Origin: Bacteroidia bacterium
Lineage (GTDB): Bacteria; Bacteroidota; Bacteroidia; UBA4408
Assembly (NCBI GenBank): GCA_044374175.1
Contig: JBILPB010000003.1
Coordinates: 1 to 62,468, forward strand
Direction of reading: 5' to 3'
Length of the DNA: 62,468 nucleotides
Shown: positions 49,766 through 58,785 of the stretch, one piece after another
Layout of the letters: each line of letters begins with the position of its first letter
Numbering within the stretch: the stretch's first letter is position 1
The notes under the pieces: generated by a model
Told to the model about the DNA's origin: nothing
The model's database searches: none
What the model saw: the letters and a program-made list of their open reading frames with translations, nothing else
Translations under genes and position numbers: made by a program

Positions 49766-50938
49766 ATGAATTATATTTTATTTGATGATGCCAATCGCCA
49801 GCAACTTTATCCATTCACCCTCAGCCGCCCGGTTTGCGAAATAAGGGCAGGTATTTTAACCATCAAACAAAAGTGGGAAAAGTATTTAGGTAAAAATTGT
49901 GCCTATCAAACGGTAAAATACTTAGAAGGCAAATTCCCTGCTTTGGGTAAAGAAAATAACCAAGAGGCTTGTTTGTATATCAATGGGGCTGTTTTTCCTA
50001 ATGCGGAGCTCATCAACGAAATAAAAAATTTATCACCGAACACGGCCCTTGTAAAAAACAATCAAATAATTGCAATAGCTTGTGAAGCCTATGATCCCAA
50101 ATTTAATCCAAATCATCATAACTATATAGCCAAGGAATGCCAATCCCCCATTCAAATAGTAGAAAAACCCTGGGAAATATTTACTCAAAACGGTAAAAAC
50201 ATACAAGACGATTTTACGCTCATCACTAAAAACCGCAGGAGCGCTGCCATTGATGCCAGTAATCAGGTAATTAACCCAACAAATATTTTTATTGAAGAAG
50301 GAGCCACTGTGCTTTGTAGTATTTTAAATGCCACGGCCGGGCCTATCTATATTGCAAAAGATGCCGAAGTAATGGAAGGCAGCATGGTTCGTGGTCCATT
50401 TTCTTTGGGTGAACACTCAGCTTTAAAAATGGGAGCTAAAATATACGGCCCTACCACTATTGGTCCCGAAAGCAAAGTTGGTGGCGAAGTAAACAATTCT
50501 GTTATTTTTGGCTATTCTAACAAAGCCCATGATGGCTTTTTAGGCAACAGTGTGATAGGCGAATGGTGCAACCTAGGCGCAGATACCAACAATTCAAACT
50601 TAAAAAACAATTATGGACAGGTAAAAGTTTGGGATATCGCTAACAACGACTGGCAAGCCACTGGATTACAATTCTGCGGTTTATTGATGGGAGATCATAG
50701 CAAAGCTGGCATTAACACCATGTTTAATACAGGCACGGTAACAGGCTTTTGCGCCAATATTTTTGATGGTGGTTTTCCACCAAAATACATTCCATCTTAC
50801 AGTTGGGGCGGGCATAAAAATGCACCAATATTTGAATTAGAAAAAGCGATAGAAGTTGCCACCCGCGTATTTGAAAGAAGAGGATTGGCCTTTGGAGAAG
50901 GTGATAGGGAAATATTTGAGACCTTGTTTGATTTTTGA
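49766..50938 (+). CDS. GlmU-like putative sugar-nucleotidyltransferase with a hexapeptide-repeat domain
   Basis: LYPFTLSRPVCEIRAGILT, SNKAHDGFLGNSVIGEWCNLGADTNNSNLKN, GDHSKAGINTMFNTG. Confidence 0.85.
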   Translation: MNYILFDDANRQQLYPFTLSRPVCEIRAGILTIKQKWEKYLGKNCAYQTVKYLEGKFPALGKENNQEACLYINGAVFPNAELINEIKNLSPNTALVKNNQIIAIACEAYDPKFNPNHHNYIAKECQSPIQIVEKPWEIFTQNGKNIQDDFTLITKNRRSAAIDASNQVINPTNIFIEEGATVLCSILNATAGPIYIAKDAEVMEGSMVRGPFSLGEHSALKMGAKIYGPTTIGPESKVGGEVNNSVIFGYSNKAHDGFLGNSVIGEWCNLGADTNNSNLKNNYGQVKVWDIANNDWQATGLQFCGLLMGDHSKAGINTMFNTGTVTGFCANIFDGGFPPKYIPSYSWGGHKNAPIFELEKAIEVATRVFERRGLAFGEGDREIFETLFDF

Positions 50939-51030
50939 TTGACGATTTAACGATTGATGATTGATTGATTATTTTTGATTGATGATTTACGATTTACGAT
51001 TAATTATAATTTACGATTGATTTAGAATTT
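50927..51030 (+). repeat. Low-complexity GATT/GATTTAC tract starting at the stop codon
   Basis: TTGATTTTTGATTGACGATTTAACGATTGATGATTGATTGATT...GATTTACGATTTACGAT. Confidence 0.8.
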
Positions 51031-51037
51031 CTATGTT

Positions 51038-51108
51038 GGGCAAGTCCTTAGCGCATACAGTTTTCGTTTAGAATCAAAAATATCAGCAGCGCTAAGGTCG
51101 CGCTTTCC
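51038..51108. repeat. REP-like hairpin element
   Basis: CCTTAGCGC (51046-51054) and GCGCTAAGG (51089-51097) form a perfect inverted pair, flanked by GGGCAAGT and TCGCGCTTTCC; GC-rich in an AT-rich background. Confidence 0.45.
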
Positions 51109-51381
51109 AGACTGCGCGGCAGTTTGTTTCAACTTAGCGAAGCGTTCTCATGAACTCATATAAAAAATAACACTTGTGAATAATCGCTTTTGCGGGCATA
51201 CGTTTTCTAATTTACAAAAGTATCATAGTTTAACAAAGGTGTTTGATTTTGTTTTAACAAAAATTTTAATTTGCTATCAATCAAGCCAATGAGCTTAAAT
51301 TTAACTATTAAGCAACCTGAAATTCTAATTCATAGTCAATAAGTAATAAATTAGCTAAATATTATCCCCTAAATCCTTTAA

Positions 51382-51678
51382 TTTATTAGCTCAAATTCAT
51401 GTAACATTAAAGGGCTAAATCTCGGCAGCAGCCCAAAGGATTTGAACATCGAAATTGAGCATAGCAATGGCAATATGAGCTTAGAGTTTCCTGTACAAGA
51501 AATAAGTGGTATGTTGTATGTGTATGATGTGAATGGCAAACTGGTTTACAGTGAGTCTGTTTCGCCATATACTTACATTAAAAATTTGAACTTGCAAAGC
51601 AAGTTACCTAGCGGTATGTATGCGCTTAGTATGGTGTTTGGTGAAGAGCGCTTTTTGGGGAAGATGGTGGTGGAGTAG
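51382..51678 (+). pseudogene. Orphan T9SS C-terminal sorting-domain fragment
   Basis: MLYVYDVNGKLVY...LPSGMYALSM...FLGKMVVE is a Por secretion tail. The frame is open only from 51382 and has no signal peptide. Confidence 0.75.
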
Positions 51679-51681
51679 ATA

Positions 51682-51715
51682 AAAATTCTAAATTCTAATC
51701 TCTAAATTCTAAAAT
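51682..51715 (+). repeat. AAATTCT heptamer tract
   Basis: AAAATTCTAAATTCTAATCTCTAAATTCTAAAAT immediately after the CTD-fragment stop. Confidence 0.75.
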
Positions 51716-51851
51716 ACTTTATTATTTAAAATTTGAAATTCCTTGTTTCTCACGAAGTCCAGAGGATTCGGGACGGGATTCATTATTTTTAAAAATTTCA
51801 TTCAATAACGAAAGCTTCAATTCAAACGCTGGTAAGCTACGTAAGTACTTT

Positions 51852-51898
51852 GTATGATGTTTGGGGAGGAGCGTTTTTTGGGGAAGATGGTGGTCGAG
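51852..51898 (+). pseudogene. Second remnant of a T9SS tail (MMFGEERFLGKMVVE)
   Basis: 40 of 45 nt identical to 51631-51675. Confidence 0.8.
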
Positions 51899-51908
51899 TG
51901 CGTTAAAT

Positions 51909-51937
51909 CACCCCTCTAGAGAGGGATAGGGGTGTGT
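51909..51937. repeat. REP-like hairpin CACCCCT...AGGGGTG
   Basis: CACCCCTCTAGAGAGGGATAGGGGTGTGT. Confidence 0.5.
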
Positions 51938-51995
51938 TTTTAATGAAATTTAAAGTTAAATGAATACTAGTAAAAATGAATTGTAAAATGTTGCA

Positions 51996-52020
51996 GCACA
52001 AGCGTGGACGCTTGCGGTAG
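51996..52020. repeat. REP-like hairpin GCACAAGCG-TGGA-CGCTTGCG
   Basis: 6-bp stem CAAGCG/CGCTTG with a 4-nt loop; GC-rich. Confidence 0.5.
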
Positions 52021-52092
52021 CGAATAAAAGGGTATTTTTTTTAATGATTAATTGTGAATTGAAAATTAGGAATGAAAAAATGTGGTATAATT

Positions 52093-52162
52093 AATTTAGA
52101 ATTTAAAATTAGTTATTTGTCAATGGTTAATTTAGAATTTAGAATTTTAAATTTAGCATTTT
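52093..52162 (-). repeat. AAATTCT heptamer tract on the minus strand after the PaaE-like stop
   Basis: AATTTAGAATTTAAAATT...AATTTAGAATTTAGAATTTTAAATTTAGCATTTT. Confidence 0.75.
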
Positions 52163-52165
52163 AAT

Positions 52166-53233
52166 TTATTTCCCCTTATCATAATCCACCACTATATTGT
52201 CTGTGAGGGCATGAGATTGGCAAGTTAAAATAAAGCCTTGTTTTACTTCGGCATCCAAGAGGGCGTAGTTTACTTTCATTTCTACTTTGCCTTCTACCAA
52301 TAAAGCTCGGCAAGTGCAGCAAGAACCGCCTTGGCAAGCATAGGGCGCATCTAAATTAATTCTTAAGGCTGCTTCTAAAATGGTTTCATCGGGTAATAAT
52401 TCTGTTACCACTTCATCGCCATCTAAAATAATGGTTAAACTGGCTTTTTTGGCACCTACAGGTTCCACAATAGCAGCTGCATCAACTGGTGCAGTAAAAT
52501 ACTCTAAATGCACTTGTGCTTTGGGTACATTTAAATTTTGTAATGTTTGCTCTACATTCTGCATCATAGGCGTTGGGCCACAGATAAAGATTTCGGTATT
52601 GCTCGTTACTTTAACGAAATTATTCATCAAAGCAGCCACTTTTTCGGTAGTCATAATACCTTTATAAATGGCCTCATAAGCAGCATCTGCCTGGTTGAGA
52701 ATATGGTGTACTTTTAACTTCCCAGCAGCTTGTTGTTCAAGCGTATCAAGTTGTTGTTTAAATATTATTGATGCGTCATTTTCGTTGCCATAAAACAACT
52801 GAATAGCACTTTGTGGCTCAGCTTTTAAAACTGTTTTGATGATACTCAGCATAGGCGTAATACCACTTCCACCTGCAAATAAAATATACTCCTTTTTATT
52901 TGACGCGTTCATTGGGGTGTAAAAATTACCCATGGGAGTCATTACTTCCAGCACATCGCCTGCTTTTACATGTTCATTTAAAAACGTAGAGCCTTTACCT
53001 TCTTTTACTTTTTTTACGGCTACACGCAAATCGGCATCTGTTAAAGGACTGCTGCAAACTGAATAAGAACGTCTGATTTCTTGTCCACCAACGTTTAATT
53101 TAAAAGTAATGTATTGACCTTGCTGGTAGGTAAACTCACTGCTAAGGTTGGCTGGGATTTGAAATGCAATGGAAACGCAATCTGCTGTTTCGCGTGTAAC
53201 TTCTTTTATGGTAAGTGAATGAAATCTTGACAT
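52166..53233 (-). CDS. PaaE-like FAD/NAD(P)H oxidoreductase with a C-terminal 2Fe-2S ferredoxin
   Basis: RRSYSVCS, GKGSTFL, AGGSGITP, ICGPTPM, CQGGSCCTC...LTCQ. Confidence 0.92.
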   Translation of the reverse strand: MSRFHSLTIKEVTRETADCVSIAFQIPANLSSEFTYQQGQYITFKLNVGGQEIRRSYSVCSSPLTDADLRVAVKKVKEGKGSTFLNEHVKAGDVLEVMTPMGNFYTPMNASNKKEYILFAGGSGITPMLSIIKTVLKAEPQSAIQLFYGNENDASIIFKQQLDTLEQQAAGKLKVHHILNQADAAYEAIYKGIMTTEKVAALMNNFVKVTSNTEIFICGPTPMMQNVEQTLQNLNVPKAQVHLEYFTAPVDAAAIVEPVGAKKASLTIILDGDEVVTELLPDETILEAALRINLDAPYACQGGSCCTCRALLVEGKVEMKVNYALLDAEVKQGFILTCQSHALTDNIVVDYDKGK

Positions 53234-53268
53234 GTTTGTGCTTTAAAAGGGGTGTAAAAGTATAAAAA

Positions 53269-53298
53269 AAACCGCAAAGTTTTGCTCCTTTGCGGTTT
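53269..53298 (-). terminator. Terminator after sdhB
   Basis: AAACCGCAAAG/CTTTGCGGTTT stem followed by a T run on the minus strand. Confidence 0.85.
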
Positions 53299-53316
53299 CA
53301 AAAAATTGATAATTAT

Positions 53317-54057
53317 TTATGAAATAGAAGCTACATAATACTCTCTGTTCATGCGGGCAATGTTGGTTAATGAAATTCCTTTAGGACATTCAGCTTCGCA
53401 GGCACCAGTGTTGGTGCAGCTTCCAAAACCTTCTTCATCCATCTGATTCACCATCGCTAACACTCTTTCTTTGGCTTCAATTCTACCTTGCGGCAACAAT
53501 GCATATTGTGATATTTTAGCACTCACAAATAAACTGGCAGAAGCGTTTTTGCAAGCAGCAACACATGCACCACATCCTATACAAGAAGCAGCATCCATGG
53601 CCAAATCAGCATCCGCCTTGTTTACCGGAATATTGTTGGCATCCTGCACCTGGCCTGTGTTTACAGAAATAAATCCTCCTACTTGCATAATACGGTCGAA
53701 GGCACTTCTATCAACCGCTAAATCGCGAATTACAGGAAAAGCATCAGCTCTGAATGGCTCAATATAAATAGTTTCACCATCTGTAAAGTTGCGCATATAC
53801 AATTGGCAGGTAGTTGTTCCTCTCAAAGGTCCATGCGGGCGACCATTGATATGCATGCTGCACATCCCACAGATTCCTTCGCGGCAATCGTGGTCGAACG
53901 CTACAGGCTCATCGCCTTTTCTAATTAACTCTTCGTTCAACACATCCATCATTTCTAAAAATGACATATCAGCATTGATATTGTCGATAGCATAATCGAC
54001 CATTTTACCTGTTGCTTGGGCGTTTTTCTGACGCCATATTTTTAAATTAAACTTCAT
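53317..54057 (-). CDS. sdhB: Succinate dehydrogenase/fumarate reductase iron-sulfur subunit
   Basis: [33 protein letters not shown]. Confidence 0.96.
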   Translation of the reverse strand: MKFNLKIWRQKNAQATGKMVDYAIDNINADMSFLEMMDVLNEELIRKGDEPVAFDHDCREGICGMCSMHINGRPHGPLRGTTTCQLYMRNFTDGETIYIEPFRADAFPVIRDLAVDRSAFDRIMQVGGFISVNTGQVQDANNIPVNKADADLAMDAASCIGCGACVAACKNASASLFVSAKISQYALLPQGRIEAKERVLAMVNQMDEEGFGSCTNTGACEAECPKGISLTNIARMNREYYVASIS

Positions 54058-54094
54058 ATGATTGAGGTATTTAAAACCTGTTTAAACTTAATTA

Positions 54095-56011
54095 TTACTT
54101 GTATGAACGTGTTGCCAATTTAATATTTTCGAAAACAAGCGCTTCTTTGTGCAATTGCGCTTCTTGTCCTACGCCTTTGTGTTCCCATGCAGAAACGTAA
54201 GCATATTCGGCATCATTTCTTTTGGCTTCACCCTCGTCCTGAAACTCTACTCTAAAATGTCCACCACAGCTTTCATTTCTTTGTAAAGCATCGTTCACCA
54301 TTAATTCGCCAAGCTCGATAAAATCAGCCACACGTCCTGCCTTTTCTAAGTCAACATTCATTTCATTAGCACTACCAGTTACTCTTACATCTTTCCAGAA
54401 ATCTTCTCTCAGTTGCTTAAGTAATCCTTTTGCTTTTGTTAAACCTTCTGCAGTACGCGCCATTCCGCAATAATCCCACATAATTTTACCTAATGCTTTA
54501 TGAAAATCATCTACTGTTCTATTCCCTTTTACAGCAAGTAGTTTTTCGATTCTTTCATTGGCTGCCTTTTCAGCTGCCACAAAAGCTGGATGGTCGGTTG
54601 GAAGTGCTTTTGTAAAAATTTCACCTGATAAATAATCGCCAATGGTATAAGGAAGAACAAAATAACCGTCAGCTAAACCTTGCATTAAAGCACTTGCACC
54701 TAATCTATTGGCTCCATGGTCGCTAAAATTACATTCACCAGTGGCGTATAAGCCTTGCACGGTTGTCATCAAGTTGTAATCAACCCATAAACCGCCCATG
54801 GTATAATGCACTGCAGGGTAAATACGCATAGGTGTTTGATAAGGATCCTCATTAGTGATATGTTTGTACATATCAAAAAGATTTCCATAACGCGCTTCTA
54901 CTACATTTTTTCCTAATCTTTTAATGGCATCTGCAAAATCTAAATATACAGCTAATCCAGATTCTCCAACGCCTCTTCCGTCATCGCAAGCTTCTTTTGC
55001 TGCTCTTGATGAAATATCGCGTGGCGCCAAATTACCAAAGCTAGGGTATTTACGCTCCAAATAGTAATCTCTTTCTTCTTCAGGAATATCCTGAGGTTTG
55101 CGTTTATCGCCTTGTTTTTTTGGCACCCAAACTCTTCCATCATTACGCAAAGACTCACTCATTAAAGTAAGTTTTGATTGATAATCGCCAGAAACAGGAA
55201 TACAAGTTGGATGAATTTGCGTGTAGCAAGGATTTGCAAAGAATGCTCCCTGCTTATGTGCTTTCCAGGCAGCTGTAACGTTGCAGCCCATAGCATTTGT
55301 ACTTAGGAAAAATACATTTCCATAACCACCAGTTGCTAAAACCACAGCATGGCCAAAATGACGCTCTAATTTCCCAGTTTTTAAATCACGAGCAATGATA
55401 CCTCTTGCTTTTCCATCAATATTTACCAATTCCACCATTTCGTGACGGCTGAACATTTCAACATTTCCTAGACCAATTTGACGGCTTAAAGCAGAGTAAG
55501 CGCCCAATAATAATTGTTGTCCTGTTTGCCCTCTTGCATAAAATGTTCTGGACACTTGTGCACCACCAAAAGAACGATTATCTAATAATCCACCATATTC
55601 GCGGGCAAAAGGAACACCTTGTGCTACACATTGATCAATAATACTTGCGCTTACTTCGGCCAAGCGATAGACATTGGCTTCGCGTGCTCTAAAATCGCCC
55701 CCTTTTATGGTATCATAAAATAAACGAAATACACTATCGCCATCATTTTTATAGTTTTTTGCCGCATTGATACCGCCTTGAGCTGCAATTGAATGTGCTC
55801 TTCTAGGACTATCTTGGTAACAATATGCCTTTACTTTATATCCTAATTCGGCTAAGCTTGCCGCGGCTGATGCACCTGCTAAACCAGTTCCAACCACTAT
55901 AACTTCTAATTTTCTTTTGTTTGAAGGATTCACCAATTTAACATGGGCTTTATAGTCGCTCCATTTTGTTTCGAGCGGTCCTTTTGGTATTTTTGAATTT
56001 AACACTGACAT
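54095..56011 (-). CDS. sdhA: Succinate dehydrogenase/fumarate reductase flavoprotein subunit
   Basis: [51 protein letters not shown]. Confidence 0.97.
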   Translation of the reverse strand: MSVLNSKIPKGPLETKWSDYKAHVKLVNPSNKRKLEVIVVGTGLAGASAAASLAELGYKVKAYCYQDSPRRAHSIAAQGGINAAKNYKNDGDSVFRLFYDTIKGGDFRAREANVYRLAEVSASIIDQCVAQGVPFAREYGGLLDNRSFGGAQVSRTFYARGQTGQQLLLGAYSALSRQIGLGNVEMFSRHEMVELVNIDGKARGIIARDLKTGKLERHFGHAVVLATGGYGNVFFLSTNAMGCNVTAAWKAHKQGAFFANPCYTQIHPTCIPVSGDYQSKLTLMSESLRNDGRVWVPKKQGDKRKPQDIPEEERDYYLERKYPSFGNLAPRDISSRAAKEACDDGRGVGESGLAVYLDFADAIKRLGKNVVEARYGNLFDMYKHITNEDPYQTPMRIYPAVHYTMGGLWVDYNLMTTVQGLYATGECNFSDHGANRLGASALMQGLADGYFVLPYTIGDYLSGEIFTKALPTDHPAFVAAEKAANERIEKLLAVKGNRTVDDFHKALGKIMWDYCGMARTAEGLTKAKGLLKQLREDFWKDVRVTGSANEMNVDLEKAGRVADFIELGELMVNDALQRNESCGGHFRVEFQDEGEAKRNDAEYAYVSAWEHKGVGQEAQLHKEALVFENIKLATRSYK

Positions 56012-56066
56012 ATCTTCTTATGTTTGATGATATTAATTTAATATTTTAATTGGTGTTCAAGTCGTA

Positions 56067-56768
56067 TTATTTGATTAAACCTAAATGCATGGCAATAGGC
56101 ATAAGGGCAAATAATAAAGGAATGATAATAGAGAACCAAAGTCCTGCTTTTTTGATAGCAGGTGTATATTTTGGATGATTCCAACCCATGGTTTGAAAAG
56201 CTGACTGGAAACCGTGTAATAAGTGATAAGCCAAACTTACCATGGAAGCTACGTATAGTAATACCACCATTGGGTTTTCGAATACCTCTTTCATTTCTTC
56301 GAACATCGTTTCCTGCCCAGGCAGCTTGTCTAACTCACTGTGGGCTATGTGATCGGTAAATCTTGTTACAATCCAAAAATGGTTGAGATGTATAATTAAA
56401 AACATCAAAATTAAAGTGCCTAAAAGACCCATCCAGCGGCTATACCATTTACTGTTGGAATTGGGCTTTTGGTGAGCATATTTAACTGAACGGCTTTTAT
56501 TGTTAGCTAAAGTAAGTACAAGCGCATCAACTATATGAGCTATTATACCTAAAAACAATACAATCTCCATTGTTCTAATGAGTGGGTTGGTCCCCATAAA
56601 TTCGGCTCCTTTGTTAAACAACTCTCCACCATCGTTTGCAAAGATGAGCATGTTAATTCCACAATGTACGATGAGAAAGGTGATGAGGAAAAGGCCGGTT
56701 AAACCCATCAGCATTTTTTTTCCGATAAGTGTGCTAAATAATCCTTTATTGGCTAATTTTTTATTCAT
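56067..56768 (-). CDS. sdhC: Succinate dehydrogenase cytochrome b subunit (single five-TM anchor)
   Basis: GKKMLMGLTG, heme-ligand His in TM helices, HLLHGFQSAFQTMG. Confidence 0.93.
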   Translation of the reverse strand: MNKKLANKGLFSTLIGKKMLMGLTGLFLITFLIVHCGINMLIFANDGGELFNKGAEFMGTNPLIRTMEIVLFLGIIAHIVDALVLTLANNKSRSVKYAHQKPNSNSKWYSRWMGLLGTLILMFLIIHLNHFWIVTRFTDHIAHSELDKLPGQETMFEEMKEVFENPMVVLLYVASMVSLAYHLLHGFQSAFQTMGWNHPKYTPAIKKAGLWFSIIIPLLFALMPIAMHLGLIK

Positions 56769-56966
56769 ATTGAGCGATGATTATATTTTAAAAGTGGTGC
56801 GAATTTATAAATATACCTTGTTTTGTCAAAGTTCTTTTATTACGATTTTTGCACTTAACACTATAATGCGCGTTATTGTTCATGTTAAGAAGATGTGCTG
56901 TGCAATTTAGAATGAATTAAAATAAGAATGGTGTCTTTAAAAAGGTAAAAGTAAAGGAGTACTTAT

Positions 56967-57845
56967 TTAGTTCCTTTTATCCATGCCCCACATCAATTTT
57001 TGACGCAAAGTGCTCATAAAATCATTGCCTTTGAGCCTTACAAGATTTATTTCAAATTTTTCGCGCATGATGGTTAATTCTTCATCGGCCTCAAAAACTT
57101 CTTGACGAGAATCGAGCGTTACTAAAAAGTTTTTATTTCTTCCTTCTATTTTTAGTGTTACCACATCTTTGTCGGAAATAATTATAGGGCGCACATTGAG
57201 GTTATGCGGTGAAATAGGTGTAATAATAAAATTAGCCGAATCGGGCATTACCAAAGGGCCACCACAGCTTAAGCTGTAAGCCGTAGATCCTGTAGGCGTA
57301 GAAATAATTAATCCATCTGCCCAATAAGCGTTTAAAAACTCTCCATTAACCCATGTATGAATGGTCATCATGGTGGTGTTATCATTTTTATGTACAGTAA
57401 TTTCGTTTAATGCAAAATTACTTTTCTGATAAGGATTGTTTAATGCTTCTAATCGAACAAGGCTGCGCTTATCCAAATCGAAATTTCCAGCAAAGATTTT
57501 GTCCATTGCTGGTTCAATATCTTCAATAGAAATACCTGATAAAAATCCTAATCGACCTGTATTTATACCAATAATTGGAATTTCGGAAGCCCCAACTAAA
57601 GTAATTGTTTTTAGCATGGTACCATCACCACCGATGCTGCAAAAAAAGTTGGGTTTTTTTATTAGTACTTTTTCATCTTTAAAAAATGAAATGATGGTGG
57701 TAAATTTTATTTTTTCTTTAATAATTGCAAAAAAATCTTCATGTACACATAGCTCTGCACCAGCTTCTTCTAATTTAGTAATTAGTCGCTGAATAGGATT
57801 TGCATTGTAATTGTTTAAAGATTTACCGTATATCGCAATCAGCAT
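56967..57845 (-). CDS. nadK: NAD kinase
   Basis: IGGDGT, GINTGRLGFL, ALNE, DGLIISTPTGSTAYSLSCGGP. Confidence 0.96.
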   Translation of the reverse strand: MLIAIYGKSLNNYNANPIQRLITKLEEAGAELCVHEDFFAIIKEKIKFTTIISFFKDEKVLIKKPNFFCSIGGDGTMLKTITLVGASEIPIIGINTGRLGFLSGISIEDIEPAMDKIFAGNFDLDKRSLVRLEALNNPYQKSNFALNEITVHKNDNTTMMTIHTWVNGEFLNAYWADGLIISTPTGSTAYSLSCGGPLVMPDSANFIITPISPHNLNVRPIIISDKDVVTLKIEGRNKNFLVTLDSRQEVFEADEELTIMREKFEINLVRLKGNDFMSTLRQKLMWGMDKRN

Positions 57846-57983
57846 AATTAAAATTTATTTATTGGGTAAAGATAATAAATCAAACACTAAGTAACATATA
57901 GAAATCAACAATTTTAAGAAAATTACGTTTAGTACATTGAAGCAAATATTTTTTATAACTTTACCGCTCAATTTCATTAAACA

Positions 57984-58781
57984 ATGAAAAACTTTACAAA
58001 ATATATTTCCTTACTTTTATTGTTTCACTTTTTGAGTTGCAAAAAAGACAGTGCATTAAAGGGTGATTTGAATGATCCTTCTATTAACAAACCTATTGAT
58101 AATAGTAGTTATGGAAGTGTGACCGTTAGTTTTACTAATAAAGTTGGTGAAAATGATTTGGTATTGAATACTGGTAATTATGTAAATGCCAATGGCGATA
58201 GTTTTACAGTTTCAAAATTTAAATATTACGTCAGCAATATTGTTTTAAAGAAATCAGATGGGAGCACTTATGTTCAAAAAGAAAGCTACCATTTAATTGA
58301 TAGCAAAAATGGAAATACATATACATTAAAACTTGATAGTGTGCCAGTAGGCACCTACAGCAGCATTGATTTTATTTTAGGTGTTGATAGTGCAAGAAAT
58401 ACCTCAGGTGCTCAGGTAGGAGCATTAGATCCTGCTTTAGGCATGTTCTGGAGTTGGAATCAAGGCTATATTTTTTTAATGATGGAAGGTACTTCGCCCA
58501 GTTCTACAACTTTTAACAATAGTATAATTTTTCATTTGGGAGGATTTACTCCACCTTACAATTGTATTCGAAAAATTAATCCAACCTTTGGCGCCAAAGA
58601 ATTAGTGGTTTCTGGGGGAAACACAAGTAAAATGGGCATTAAGACTGATATGCTTAAAATGTTTATTGGTAGATCTCCTGTTAAATTTGGGGTAACCAAT
58701 TTAGCTATGGAAGGAGCAATAGCTACCACCATTGCAGATAATTGTGTTGATATGTTTAGTGTAACCTCCATTGAGAATTAA
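57984..58781 (+). CDS. MbnP-family lipoprotein (WxW copper-binding motif)
   Basis: Lipobox FLSC, FKYYVSNI, LGVD, GALDP..GMFWSWNQGYIFL, HLGG. Confidence 0.85.
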   Translation: MKNFTKYISLLLLFHFLSCKKDSALKGDLNDPSINKPIDNSSYGSVTVSFTNKVGENDLVLNTGNYVNANGDSFTVSKFKYYVSNIVLKKSDGSTYVQKESYHLIDSKNGNTYTLKLDSVPVGTYSSIDFILGVDSARNTSGAQVGALDPALGMFWSWNQGYIFLMMEGTSPSSTTFNNSIIFHLGGFTPPYNCIRKINPTFGAKELVVSGGNTSKMGIKTDMLKMFIGRSPVKFGVTNLAMEGAIATTIADNCVDMFSVTSIEN

Positions 58782-58785
58782 GTTT

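Noticed and set aside
50927-52162. Possible CRISPR array or iteron cluster
   Set aside because: The repeats are degenerate 4-7-mers without constant-length unique spacers, and no cas or rep gene is in the window.
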